In this document: positions 36,667 to 46,376 of the stretch, in pieces | Layout of the letters: every line of letters starts with the position of its first letter | How positions within the stretch are numbered: position 1 is the stretch's first letter | The notes under the pieces: generated by a model | Told to the model about the DNA's origin: nothing | Databases searched by the model: none | The model's input: only the letters and a program-made list of their open reading frames with translations | Translations under genes and position numbers: made by a program | NCBI GenBank assembly: GCA_964547425.1 | Contig: CAZJNH010000007.1 | Location: 4,981-68,980, forward strand | Source of the DNA: an uncultured Candidatus Saccharibacteria bacterium | Lineage (GTDB): Bacteria > Patescibacteriota > Saccharimonadia > UBA4664 > CAZJNH01 | Length of the DNA stretch: 64,000 nt | Direction of reading: 5' to 3'

Positions 36667-38505
36667 ATGGTGAGGCAAAAGGTCAACACAATTTGGGAGT
36701 ACCGCGGCCGGGTTTTAGCCGGCTTATTCCTCGCCTCCATGCTGGTGCTTGGCCTTCTAAGTATGCGGGGCGACTCCGCGATTGTGGACGAGGTCGCGCA
36801 CATCCCATCCGGCTACAGTTATCTGCACTACCAGGACTACCGCTTAAATCCAGAACACCCGCCGCTAATCAAAGATCTAGCCGCAATTCCGTTGCAATTC
36901 CTGCCGGTCGTGTTCCCTTTGAATATTCCCGCTTGGACAACCGACGCTAACGGGCAATGGGAAACTGGCTGGCATTTTTTGTTCCACGACGGCAACAACG
37001 CCGACCAGATTTTATTCTGGGCGCGGGTGCCGATCCTGCTGCTGGCGGTTTTCTTCGGCTGGATGATCTACAGGTTTTGTAAGAAACACTGGGGCCCCCG
37101 CGCCGCGGTCCTGGCAACATTTCTGTACGCCTTCGAACCAAACATCATGGCACACTCACGGCTGGTGACGACCGATCTCGGTATCGCGGCGTTTGGGTTC
37201 TTTGCTCTGGCTGGTTTTGTCCGCTGGCTAAAAGAACCAAAACCTAAGAACTTCTTCATCGCGGCTGGCTTATTCGCCGCGGCTCAACTAGCAAAGTTCT
37301 CCGGCGTTTTGTTGATCCCGTTCTTTGGACTGATCGCCCTAATTTGGATCTTCACCGCCGAGGAGCCTAAAAAATTCTGGCAGCGGTTTTGGCGCTACGG
37401 CTTGGGGTTAGTTGGCATTTTCGCCGTTGGTTTTGCTCTAATCTGGGCGTTTTACGTACCTCAAACTCTGCATATGCCAGACGCGGTACAGGACCATTTA
37501 ATTACGGTGTCGCTGCCCGACGGATTCCAAAAAGCCCTTGTCCCCTCACTAACCAAGTACAACAATCTGCCAGGCGCGAAGCCACTGGTTCAGTACACCC
37601 TAGGTGTTTTGATGGTGTTTAACCGCGTGTCCGGTGGCAATACCACTTACTTCCGCGGCCAGGTCACTAACCAGAGCTTTAAGGACTACTTCCCTGTAAC
37701 ATACGCTATTAAAACACCGATTCCGCTACTTATCCTTGTTGGACTAAGTTTGCTGTCGGGAGTTTGGCTATACCTGCGCCGCAAGCCCCTGCATGTTTGG
37801 CAAAAATTCCGGGACTACTCCCGCGATCACGTGATAGAACTGACGTTCTTTGGTTTTGTACTGTTTTACGCCGCGTATTCAATTAACGGCAATCTAAACC
37901 TCGGCATCCGCCATTTGATGCCGATCATCCCTCTGATCATCGTTCTGGTAGCCCGCCAAACCGTCCGGCTCTTCGATTACTTGAAAACCAGACTGCCGCG
38001 GACATTAGTGATCGCTGGTTTCGCCGGGCTTTTACTGTGGTACCTAGTTGAAAACATAATGATCTTCCCGCACTACGTCGCTTACTTTAACGAACTGATC
38101 GGCGGGCCAGGAAATGCTTATAAATATGTCACCGACTCAAGCGTCGATTGGGGCCAAGACCTGAAACGGCTCAAAACTTACGTTGACTCAAATCCCGATA
38201 TCGATAAGATTTCCGTCGATTACTTTGGCGGCGGCGAGCCCAAGTACTATTTCTGCTCAAGGAAGTTCGATGCCGCTGGAGCGTTAATCAAGGATTCAAC
38301 TGGGTATGATTGCACTAAATCTAAATACGTCGAATGGCACGCTCAAAACGGCGTTCCCAAAACTAGATATATTGCTGTATCCGAAACCTTCCTGATGAAT
38401 GATTTGTACTACGCACCCAAACGTGGCGATATGGGCTACACTTACTTGCGCGAGAAAACTCCGATAGCTAAAATCGGCTATTCGATCTACGTCTACAAAC
38501 TTTAG
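36667..38505 (+). CDS. GT39/ArnT-PMT-family polyprenyl-phosphate-sugar-dependent glycosyltransferase
   Basis: DEVAHIPSGYSY ... NPEHPPL (DE ... HPPL catalytic-loop motif of PMT/ArnT enzymes). 12+ TM helices, 612 aa. Confidence 0.65.
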   Translation: MVRQKVNTIWEYRGRVLAGLFLASMLVLGLLSMRGDSAIVDEVAHIPSGYSYLHYQDYRLNPEHPPLIKDLAAIPLQFLPVVFPLNIPAWTTDANGQWETGWHFLFHDGNNADQILFWARVPILLLAVFFGWMIYRFCKKHWGPRAAVLATFLYAFEPNIMAHSRLVTTDLGIAAFGFFALAGFVRWLKEPKPKNFFIAAGLFAAAQLAKFSGVLLIPFFGLIALIWIFTAEEPKKFWQRFWRYGLGLVGIFAVGFALIWAFYVPQTLHMPDAVQDHLITVSLPDGFQKALVPSLTKYNNLPGAKPLVQYTLGVLMVFNRVSGGNTTYFRGQVTNQSFKDYFPVTYAIKTPIPLLILVGLSLLSGVWLYLRRKPLHVWQKFRDYSRDHVIELTFFGFVLFYAAYSINGNLNLGIRHLMPIIPLIIVLVARQTVRLFDYLKTRLPRTLVIAGFAGLLLWYLVENIMIFPHYVAYFNELIGGPGNAYKYVTDSSVDWGQDLKRLKTYVDSNPDIDKISVDYFGGGEPKYYFCSRKFDAAGALIKDSTGYDCTKSKYVEWHAQNGVPKTRYIAVSETFLMNDLYYAPKRGDMGYTYLREKTPIAKIGYSIYVYKL

Positions 38506-39269
38506 CTAATCTTGTCGAGGAAGGTTGGCTGTTTGTAGCGGCCGCGAATAAGATTCCAGCGGACCTTTACCGGGTCAACCGCCTGCTTTATGGCGATCTT
38601 TAAGGCCGATTCGCCGGCGAGGCCGCCGGTTTCGGCTTTGGGATCCTTCCAGTCCGGCGCGTCGAAGTAATGGATCTTATACTTGAGGGATTTAGCGATC
38701 GCCAGGATTTCGACATCAAAGCTCCAGCTCGTCATCGTCTGGCGGCGAAATATGGCTTCGGTGGCTCCGGCTTCGAAGGCCTTGAAACCGCACTGGCTGT
38801 CGCGGATGCCCGGTAAGACAACGATTTGGACGACCAGGTTGGCAACCTTGGAAACCAGCTTGCGGCTAAAGGTTTTATGGATTCGCCAGAGGTTTCGGAC
38901 GGCGATGATGACCTTAGCATCCTGCTCGATTAACCGTTTAGTGTCATCTAAATGCCGCAGTGGCGTCGCCAAGTCAGCATCCATAAAAAGCCGGTATTTC
39001 CCTTTCGCCGCCAACATTCCGATTCTAACGTCTCTGCCCTTGCCGACCCTGGGCCCGGCATCGATTAGCCGGAAGCTGTTGAACAGACTGGCTTTTGATT
39101 GAGCTGCTTCCGCGGTGCCGTCGGTGCTATGAGGTACAACGACGATAATCTCGACCGAACCGTAATTCGGGCGCTCGGCGAGGAAGACGGATAGCCTCTC
39201 CAGGGATTGGCCAATCACTTCGGCCTCGTGGTAGGCCGGAATGACGATGCTCAGGTCGACGGTGCTCAC
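38502..39269 (-). CDS. GT2-family glycosyltransferase (polyprenyl-phosphate sugar synthase-like)
   Basis: LSIVIPAYHEAEVI N-terminus and a DADLATP (DxD) motif. Confidence 0.8.
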   Translation of the reverse strand: MSTVDLSIVIPAYHEAEVIGQSLERLSVFLAERPNYGSVEIIVVVPHSTDGTAEAAQSKASLFNSFRLIDAGPRVGKGRDVRIGMLAAKGKYRLFMDADLATPLRHLDDTKRLIEQDAKVIIAVRNLWRIHKTFSRKLVSKVANLVVQIVVLPGIRDSQCGFKAFEAGATEAIFRRQTMTSWSFDVEILAIAKSLKYKIHYFDAPDWKDPKAETGGLAGESALKIAIKQAVDPVKVRWNLIRGRYKQPTFLDKIS

Positions 39270-40762
39270 GATGGTTTGGCTGTGTAGACCAAAAACAGCT
39301 CCTGGCCGCCATGGATACTAGGGACAAGTTTACCGCCCGGAAAGCGTTTGCCGATTAGCTTTAGGGCTTCGTCTTTGTTGTCCTCGAGCAGAATAAACTG
39401 GCGGGAGGCTTTGGATTTCGGCATAGTTTTGATAGCGGCAGGTTCAATGAGGCGAACCGAAAAATTATCAGCTTTCATAAATTGGATAATCTTAAACTCC
39501 GTTTGATTGCCTACCAGATACTTCTCGCCCGCAAATTGATCCGAGTTGGCAAAGTTGGTCGCTTGAATGGTTGGGTAGTGATACGCCAGCTTGGTTTCAG
39601 TCGAAGCCGGCCAGGCCAAAAAGTACTGGTTGTAACCTTGCCGAGCCGAGAGCACGAGCAGCACCCCTAGCATTAGCATGCCGATCTGCCTAGCGGCACT
39701 GTTTTGAGGGAAGGTCCGAAGCCATTGGGTGAGTAAGTATTCGATGCCGATAGCGCTTAGCGCCAAACTCGGCCACAGCAATGTCGCGGTTCGATCGGCC
39801 AAGTTGGCGCTCGCGGGCAGGACTAGTGCCGGTATCAAGGCCACCAAAAACAACCAGAGCACCACGCGATGGTTACGCAGTTTGATCTGGCCAATACTCG
39901 CCAGGATTCCCAGTACCAACATTAACCCGGTAAAAGCGTTGAGCAGCGGCAAAGTCGCTAAGTTGAATTCAAAACCTTGAGGTGTGTGGAGGTTAAACAT
40001 CGACAGAACCGGGACTAGCTGGCGCGTTAATTGAGCTACTGGCTGCTTAAAGTTACTGCCGATGTAGCTTAATACAGCCGGCGCCGCGGGTGCCGCGAGG
40101 AGTAGCAGGACCAAACCGCCGATGGCGTAGTTGTGGGAGTGCCCACGGCGTTTTTCGAGCAGAAACCTTGGCGCCACCATTAGTCCGGCAATGACTAGCG
40201 CTAGCAAGTACCAATTGTAGATTGGGTGGCTGTAGAGCCCTAGCGCGGTAACGGCAAGGGCGAGAACGATCTTTGGCATCGACGGGCGATGCCAGGCCCA
40301 TGTGATAAGGCAAAGGCTGGCCGCCATGAATGCCAAAGCCAAGCTATAGCCAGCGCCGAAACGGCCAAGATGAAGCGCCCACGGAGTAATCGCCGCCAGG
40401 ACAATGCCGAATAAAGCAGTTCGGCTGCCAAACAGTTGTTTGATCCAAAGATAGAAAAACACCACGCCAAGTAGGCTGAACTTGGCGGCTACAAGCCTTA
40501 GGCCGAGCAGGCGGTTATGCTCGACGTGGAAAGCCAGTTTGGCCGCCCAGATCGTTAGTAGTTGTTGTGAATCCTTGAGTGGCGGTAATAACTTAGTCGC
40601 TAATGCCTTGAGCCCTAACTCCGCCTCCAGTATATGGGTGCCGGGTGGGATTTGGGTAAGATGCCAGAACCGCAGGTATATGGTCAGCCCAATAAAGCTC
40701 AGGGCAATGATCAGCCAGCGCCGGTTAGCGCTTGCCGTTTTGAGCCGGGATTTCAGCTTCAC
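39266..40762 (-). CDS. polytopic membrane protein, probable glycosyltransferase (ArnT/GT83-like)
   Basis: 498 aa with at least 12 TM helices. Coupled with the GT2 gene (4-nt overlap) and GtrA. Confidence 0.4.
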   Translation of the reverse strand: MKLKSRLKTASANRRWLIIALSFIGLTIYLRFWHLTQIPPGTHILEAELGLKALATKLLPPLKDSQQLLTIWAAKLAFHVEHNRLLGLRLVAAKFSLLGVVFFYLWIKQLFGSRTALFGIVLAAITPWALHLGRFGAGYSLALAFMAASLCLITWAWHRPSMPKIVLALAVTALGLYSHPIYNWYLLALVIAGLMVAPRFLLEKRRGHSHNYAIGGLVLLLLAAPAAPAVLSYIGSNFKQPVAQLTRQLVPVLSMFNLHTPQGFEFNLATLPLLNAFTGLMLVLGILASIGQIKLRNHRVVLWLFLVALIPALVLPASANLADRTATLLWPSLALSAIGIEYLLTQWLRTFPQNSAARQIGMLMLGVLLVLSARQGYNQYFLAWPASTETKLAYHYPTIQATNFANSDQFAGEKYLVGNQTEFKIIQFMKADNFSVRLIEPAAIKTMPKSKASRQFILLEDNKDEALKLIGKRFPGGKLVPSIHGGQELFLVYTAKPS

Positions 40763-41226
40763 TTCTTAAAGACTACCTTCTTATAGAGAGTGTAGTTCCA
40801 GACTAATCCGACCAAAATGGCTGCGGCCTTGGCGCCGTTCTTACGCAAGAAGTCGGCGCTTAAGTGCTTGGTTATCGTTAAGGCGTCGGCCAGCTTGACC
40901 CCAAGGTTTAGAGGGGTTAGCCAGGTCTGAGTCAGCAAGTGGATAATCAGAGGCTGCAGCACCCAGACCGAAACGGCGGTAACCACAAAGAAAAAAACCG
41001 CTTGTTTGCCCTGAGCTTTATCCCGGCTCTTGAAGACAAAACCGCGGTTGGCGAAGAAACTGAAGATCATCGCGACTGTGCTGGAAACATACGTCGCCTG
41101 CACTAACGACAAACCAATTCGCCCTGAAGAAACGATATTATAAATCGTCACGTCGATCGCGGTGTTCATCACACCGACCAAACCGAACCGGCCGACCCTG
41201 CTTGCTTCCGATAACTTTTTAGCCAT
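40759..41226 (-). CDS. GtrA-family membrane protein
   Basis: RFGLVGVMNTAIDVTIYNI is a GtrA-like N-terminus. 4 TM helices, 155 aa. Confidence 0.7.
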   Translation of the reverse strand: MAKKLSEASRVGRFGLVGVMNTAIDVTIYNIVSSGRIGLSLVQATYVSSTVAMIFSFFANRGFVFKSRDKAQGKQAVFFFVVTAVSVWVLQPLIIHLLTQTWLTPLNLGVKLADALTITKHLSADFLRKNGAKAAAILVGLVWNYTLYKKVVFKK

Positions 41227-41276
41227 CTTCCCTCTTCAGTTTAAGCATAACCTCTACCTGGCGCCTTGTAAATTGG

Positions 41277-42650
41277 CTAAGCCGGCTTGCCGGTTTTTGA
41301 CTTGTCGAGCGAACGGAACAGCAGTTGTTCCGGGTGCCAGTACAGTTGAATTTGCCCAGTCGGGCCGTTACGGTGCTTCTTGATTAAAATGTCGGCGATG
41401 TTGGGTTTGTCGGTGTCGGGGTTGTAGTAGTCTTCCCGGTAAATAAACATCACGACGTCGGCGTCTTGCTCGATCGAACCCGATTCTCGCAAGTCCGCCA
41501 GTTGCGGAATCTGCGGCGTACGGGTTTCAACGGTTCGGGAAAGCTGGGACAGCGCCAGCACTGGAACGTTTAACTCTCTAGCTAGCGACTTAAGACCGCG
41601 GGAAATCTCCGAAACTTCCTGGACGCGGTTTTCACTGCCGGTAGAGCGGCCGCTCATCAGCTGCAAGTAGTCGACAACGATTAAACCGAGAGGGTGTTCA
41701 CTCATTAACCGGCGAGCTTTTGTTCTCATTTCCATAACGTTAGTTACCGCACTGTCGTCGATAAATATAGGTGCTTCGGACAGCTGGGCCATGGCGTGGT
41801 TCAGTTTGGGAAAGTCGCTGTCTTCGAGGTTACCGGTACGCAGTTTCCAGGAGTCGATGGCCGATTCCGATGCTAGTAGTCGGTCGATTAACTGCTCTTT
41901 ACTCATTTCCAGAGAAAACACTCCAACAGGAATGCCATCTTTGACGGCGATATTGGTGGCGATATTTAGGGCTAACGAGGTTTTACCCATACTCGGCCGG
42001 GCGGCCAAAACAACCAGGTCGGAGCGCTGGAGTCCGGCCAAGATGTTGTCTATGGCTTTGAAGCCGGTCGGGATGCCGCGCAAGCTGCCCTTGTCTTTAT
42101 GGAGATCGTCCAAGCGGTCGAACGATTCGGCCAGCACCGTAGAAATCGGAATAAAGTTTTGGCGCAGGTTTTTCTGGGAGACCGAAAACAAGGTTTGCTC
42201 CGCTTGGTCGAGGAGGTTTTCCAAGGGGCTATTTTCGTCGTAGCCCATCCCGACTATATTGGTCGCCGCGCCTATTAACCGGCGCAGGGTAGCTTTGTGG
42301 GCGACGATGCCGGCGTAGTGGACGACATGCGCGGCGGTTGGTACTCCCTCAACCAACTCACTTAAGTAGCCGGCTCCGCCAACTTTGGCCAAATCGCCAC
42401 TAGACTCCAGCTTGTTGGACAGAGTCAGGATGTCGAGCGGGTCTCTCTTCTCATAAAGTTCGAGCATGGCGTTAAAGATCAGCCGGTTTTTTTCGACGTA
42501 AAAGTCTTCGGCGCTAACTTGGTCGGCGATTTTGTCGATCGCCTCCCCGTCGACCATGATCGAACCGAGCAGTCCGGCCTCGGCCTCGGTGTTTTGCGGC
42601 GGCGCCTTGGCTAGCATTTCGGCCTTCAAAGTGGTCGAGAGCTTATTCAT
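41277..42650 (-). CDS. dnaB: replicative DNA helicase DnaB
   Basis: Walker A GKTSLALN and the DnaB N-terminal domain. 457 aa. Confidence 0.95.
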   Translation of the reverse strand: MNKLSTTLKAEMLAKAPPQNTEAEAGLLGSIMVDGEAIDKIADQVSAEDFYVEKNRLIFNAMLELYEKRDPLDILTLSNKLESSGDLAKVGGAGYLSELVEGVPTAAHVVHYAGIVAHKATLRRLIGAATNIVGMGYDENSPLENLLDQAEQTLFSVSQKNLRQNFIPISTVLAESFDRLDDLHKDKGSLRGIPTGFKAIDNILAGLQRSDLVVLAARPSMGKTSLALNIATNIAVKDGIPVGVFSLEMSKEQLIDRLLASESAIDSWKLRTGNLEDSDFPKLNHAMAQLSEAPIFIDDSAVTNVMEMRTKARRLMSEHPLGLIVVDYLQLMSGRSTGSENRVQEVSEISRGLKSLARELNVPVLALSQLSRTVETRTPQIPQLADLRESGSIEQDADVVMFIYREDYYNPDTDKPNIADILIKKHRNGPTGQIQLYWHPEQLLFRSLDKSKTGKPA

Positions 42651-44169
42651 TGACGACCTCTCCCCCTAAGATTTCTAGCGCGGATGAGATTAGTTCGGTG
42701 GTCTTTTCGGCCGGCGCGCTGGCGGCCGGGTTGTGCTCGATGATGACCCGGATTTGGCGGCCGGTGGCTTCGGACAAAGCCTGCTCAACTACGGCCAGGT
42801 TTTTTGGTTCCTTTAAGCGGTCAAAGTGGAAATTAAAGCGGCAGCTAATTAAAACTTCATCGCCGCTCATCGTTAAGTCGCAGGTACGAACGAGGGCGTA
42901 TAAGGAGTGGTTCGACTGCTTGATGAGTTCGTAGGCTTGATTGGGAACCACACCCGCTGGTACATCGGCTCGTACTGGCTTCGCGGCCGGCTTGGATTCC
43001 GGGATAGGTTCGGCTGGTTTTTTCGATGCTTCTGGCTCGCTCACTCCTTCAGAGGTCTTGCCGCTCGGCTCCCCGGTCGACGCTGCAACATGCGTCGCCT
43101 CGGGCAAAGACCTCTCCGGAGTACGCTTTAGCGTTGAAAAACGGGCGATGGCGGCCTCGAGGGCTAGGCTGGGCCGGGGTGATTTGCCGGCGGTGATTAA
43201 GGCGTCGAGGGTAAGGGCGATTTGGGTTACGTCCCAGTACTTAAGTACCTGCTCGGCTACTTTGTCTTCATGGTTTAGCTGGACTCCCGCGCCGATCAAT
43301 AGAATGTGCCGCAGGCGGTCGCACAGTTGGTTGATGATTTGGCCGGGAGGGCTGCCCTGAGTGATTAAGCGGTCGAAGCCGTTTAGGGCCGTTGCAGTTT
43401 CGCCGGTGGCAATAGCAAGGACCAGCTCATCCAGGCTCTCGCTGTCGCTCCAGCCTAGCAAACCGCGGACCGACTGTGTGTCGATGGTCTTACCTTCGAG
43501 ACTCGAAACTTGGTCGAGCAAACTTAAACTGTCACGCAAGCTGCCGCTGCCGGCTTGAGCCAGCAAGGTTATCGCACCGTCGTCGGCTTTGATCTGCTCA
43601 TCGGAGGCGACTTTCTTTAGTTGGCTAGTGATTTCACCGACCGATAAAGGCCGGAAATTAAAGCGCTGGGTGCGGGAAATAACGGTGGCCGGCAGTTTGT
43701 GTGATTCGGTGGTGGCGAGGATAAAAATGGCGTGGGCCGGTGGTTCCTCGAGAGTTTTTAAGATGGCGTTGAAGGCCTCTTTGGTGAGCATGTGGACTTC
43801 GTCGATAATGTAGATTTTGTACTGGCCCATTGAAGGCGCCAGGTGGATCTTGTCGCGCAGCTCGCGGATTTCTTCGATGCCGCGATTTGAGGCCGCGTCG
43901 ATTTCGATGATGTCTAAATGGCTACCTTGTTCCAGACAGTTGCGGCATTTACCGCAGGGTTTGGTGTCTTTGCCGGTGCAATTAATTGCCTGGGCCAGAA
44001 TTCTTGCGACGGAGGTCTTCCCCACTCCGCGCGGGCCGGTAAATAAATAAGCGTGGCTAACCCGGCCTTTTTTGATGGCTGATGCCAGGGTTGTGACCAC
44101 GTGCGGCTGGCCGACTACCTCGTCAAAGGTTCGGCTGCGGTACTTCCGATAAAGCGCGAGCTGTGACAA
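42643..44169 (-). CDS. dnaX: DNA polymerase III subunit gamma/tau
   Basis: GPRGVGKTS Walker A and a Zn-module CxxC. 508 aa. Confidence 0.9.
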   Translation of the reverse strand: MSQLALYRKYRSRTFDEVVGQPHVVTTLASAIKKGRVSHAYLFTGPRGVGKTSVARILAQAINCTGKDTKPCGKCRNCLEQGSHLDIIEIDAASNRGIEEIRELRDKIHLAPSMGQYKIYIIDEVHMLTKEAFNAILKTLEEPPAHAIFILATTESHKLPATVISRTQRFNFRPLSVGEITSQLKKVASDEQIKADDGAITLLAQAGSGSLRDSLSLLDQVSSLEGKTIDTQSVRGLLGWSDSESLDELVLAIATGETATALNGFDRLITQGSPPGQIINQLCDRLRHILLIGAGVQLNHEDKVAEQVLKYWDVTQIALTLDALITAGKSPRPSLALEAAIARFSTLKRTPERSLPEATHVAASTGEPSGKTSEGVSEPEASKKPAEPIPESKPAAKPVRADVPAGVVPNQAYELIKQSNHSLYALVRTCDLTMSGDEVLISCRFNFHFDRLKEPKNLAVVEQALSEATGRQIRVIIEHNPAASAPAEKTTELISSALEILGGEVVNE

Positions 44170-44345
44170 TTTTCCCCTCTCCCGTAATGCTTATGCATTA
44201 GCTCGAAACTAAGTATAGCCTAAACGGCATCCCAAATATTCATTGTTTTCGGGGAATAACCAAAGAATGTTGTGGACATCCGCCCCTGCCCTGCGGATAA
44301 CTCCCACGTATTCATAATACCGAACAAAACAAGAACATTCAATCG

Positions 44346-44849
44346 CTAGCTAAGGGGTCGGCGTGCCTTACCGTCCGCGTCATAAATAATTAGTGTCCCG
44401 TGTGTAATTAAAATGCCCGCCTCGTAAAAACTCTCGGGGGTCTTGAATAAGCCCAGAACAATCGCCAAACCGGCAGCGATATCTTCCTGGTCTTGACTAG
44501 CCGTATGAATACAGACTATGCCGGGGGAGTTCAGGAGCCTCCCTTGGGTAGCTTCCTTTATTAGTCGTTTCTTGTCCTTAGTGACAAAAATCCTTTTCTC
44601 TTTCCTTGCCTGATATAAGTGGGATTCATCTTGCGCGTTATTGCCTCTCCGCTCGCTTGGTACAACCGAGTCGTAGCCGTACCGAGTCGCGACTTCAGAT
44701 ACCAATGGCATTCCAACATCGAAGTATAGGCTCGGCTTTTGCCTGAGCTGTCTTCTGGAGTACTGGCGCTTATTCAGTTTTATTCTAGACACATCAACAC
44801 CCTCCAAAGTGTTAACGGTTAGAGTAGCACAGATTGCTGTGTCGCACAA
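44346..44849 (-). CDS. hypothetical protein; C-terminal ~120 aa weakly resemble a PIN-like (DUF5615/Mut7-C-type) domain
   Basis: RIFVTKDKKRLIKEATQGRLLNSPGIVCIH resembles the ...lvT.DkDF ... pattern of DUF5615. The likely start is the internal Met (MPLVSEV). Confidence 0.3.
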   Translation of the reverse strand: MCDTAICATLTVNTLEGVDVSRIKLNKRQYSRRQLRQKPSLYFDVGMPLVSEVATRYGYDSVVPSERRGNNAQDESHLYQARKEKRIFVTKDKKRLIKEATQGRLLNSPGIVCIHTASQDQEDIAAGLAIVLGLFKTPESFYEAGILITHGTLIIYDADGKARRPLS

Positions 44850-44878
44850 TAACCTACCACTAGAATACCGGTGGTTCC

Positions 44879-45697
44879 CTACTCTCTGGCGGTAATGGTC
44901 CAGCTCCCATTAGATTCGATCTGGACATATCCAGGTCCTTCCAGGGGCACAGTACCTTTATATGAGCCGATAGTGTTGACAGGTAAATCCGAGTTTCCAC
45001 TATCAGAGTAAACATTGACGCTAAAGTTAGCATCTCCAAGATTAGTAATCGTAGCCTCTGATGTAGTGCCAATAATATGCAATACAGCGTCTCCGTTTCC
45101 CTTTACTGTCTTTCCCCCAACTCTTATTGCACTGCTGAGGTCACTCACTGTAAGCACCCACGCGCCGGAGGCAGTAATGGTTACTTTGGAGGTGGCGCTA
45201 CCGTCATTCATGTCGATAATGTGGCTTCCAGAGTAGGGGCCAATTGTATTGACGATCAGAGACTCAGCTCCATTAGTTTGGACCGCTGTATTGTCGGTGC
45301 ACGTCGGACACTTAAATGTGATGATAGCTGCCCCATCCGGTTTTTGTATTTTTACCACATCGTCACCGCTACCTCGATATACTTTTGGTTTCGGCCGAGG
45401 TGCAGGTGCGGTGGCTTTAGGCGCAGCAGTCGTTAATGGAGCCGAGGTAGAGGTAGTTGGATTACTCGATGGCTGAATGCCTCCGGATGCAAAGGCCGCT
45501 ACTACAAATAGACTACTCACTACTGTAACGGCAACTTTGACCGCGGTATTCCATTTTGACTCCGCCCACGCATACCAGACCGCGAAAAACGGGAGAAAAA
45601 GTATTGCAGCGGTTATCCCCCAAGGCCTCTTATACCACTCTTTTTTATGAGATTTTTTCATGATGATTACGCGATGGCGGCTTCGATAGCGGCCCAC
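44879..45697 (-). CDS. membrane-anchored hypothetical protein with a beta-rich extracellular region
   Basis: Probable start MKKSHKKEW (45661), a TM helix, then a Thr/Ser/Pro linker and a Gly/Ser/Thr-rich region. No domain recognised. Confidence 0.45.
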   Translation of the reverse strand: MGRYRSRHRVIIMKKSHKKEWYKRPWGITAAILFLPFFAVWYAWAESKWNTAVKVAVTVVSSLFVVAAFASGGIQPSSNPTTSTSAPLTTAAPKATAPAPRPKPKVYRGSGDDVVKIQKPDGAAIITFKCPTCTDNTAVQTNGAESLIVNTIGPYSGSHIIDMNDGSATSKVTITASGAWVLTVSDLSSAIRVGGKTVKGNGDAVLHIIGTTSEATITNLGDANFSVNVYSDSGNSDLPVNTIGSYKGTVPLEGPGYVQIESNGSWTITARE

Positions 45698-46176
45698 TCA
45701 GACTCTTCGCCTTGCGGGACGACGATCGTCAGTTGTTGGCCGGGTTGGGCCTTAAAGTAGGTGACGCTGGCAAAGAGTACGCGGTACTGCTTGCCTTCGG
45801 CATCAACGAAGTATTGGCTGTCTTTTAGGATTAGAGTACCGATCATCTTCTTGCGGTCGACCGGGCCAATTTGTTTATAAATAAAGGTGCCATCATCGGC
45901 TATTGTCAGCTTCAAGATGTCACCTTGGACTAATTTCGATTTCGACGCGTAGTTTGCCGGCACCGGGTAAAGTTTGCCATCAGGCCCAATCATGTTTTGC
46001 CCGTCAAAGGCGCCTTCAATAACTTTGCCGGTCGCTGGGGCTTCAACGGCCTTTGGGGTCGACGGAGTCTCCCCCACTAAACTCACCAATAATTCCTTCG
46101 CGCCTTTGAGGTTTGTTTCGGCGGTTTCGATCAGTTTTTTGAGCGTTTTTAACTGTTTGTCGGCAACTTCGGACAT
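45667..46176 (-). CDS. hypothetical protein
   Basis: 169-aa ORF with no motif. Lies downstream of rplL. Confidence 0.4.
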   Translation of the reverse strand: MSEVADKQLKTLKKLIETAETNLKGAKELLVSLVGETPSTPKAVEAPATGKVIEGAFDGQNMIGPDGKLYPVPANYASKSKLVQGDILKLTIADDGTFIYKQIGPVDRKKMIGTLILKDSQYFVDAEGKQYRVLFASVTYFKAQPGQQLTIVVPQGEESEWAAIEAAIA

Positions 46177-46376
46177 TTTTATTCAACTTCCTAAGCGAGT
46201 CGATAGACAAGCTTATATAAATGTATTTTTACAACTTCCAATTGTTGCGCCAATCATAACCACTGGTAAAACAAAAAGCAAACACCTCGTCAATCTGAAA
46301 AAGGAACAACCCTCTTTCGTCTCAAGCTAAGTTGCCTGGGATTGTATAGGGTTGCACCTTTTTCGCTACGGGGTTT

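Noticed and set aside
44170-44345. SRP RNA (4.5S, ffs) upstream of dnaX
   Set aside because: No GNRA-capped helix with the conserved GGAA/AGCAGC domain-IV motif on either strand. Only a generic ATCCGC/GCGGAT hairpin is present.
44860-45072. 70-aa minus-strand ORF
   Set aside because: Overlaps, in another frame, the 3' end of the longer 44879-45697 gene, which has a coherent TM-plus-extracellular architecture.
46177-46376. Possible degenerate fifth copy of the structured repeat after rplL (TTGTATAGGGTTGCACC)
   Set aside because: Lacks the TTGA(C/G)TCAA box and the CTGTTAAGGGT arm. The similarity is limited to a GGGTTG.ACC core and is not convincing.
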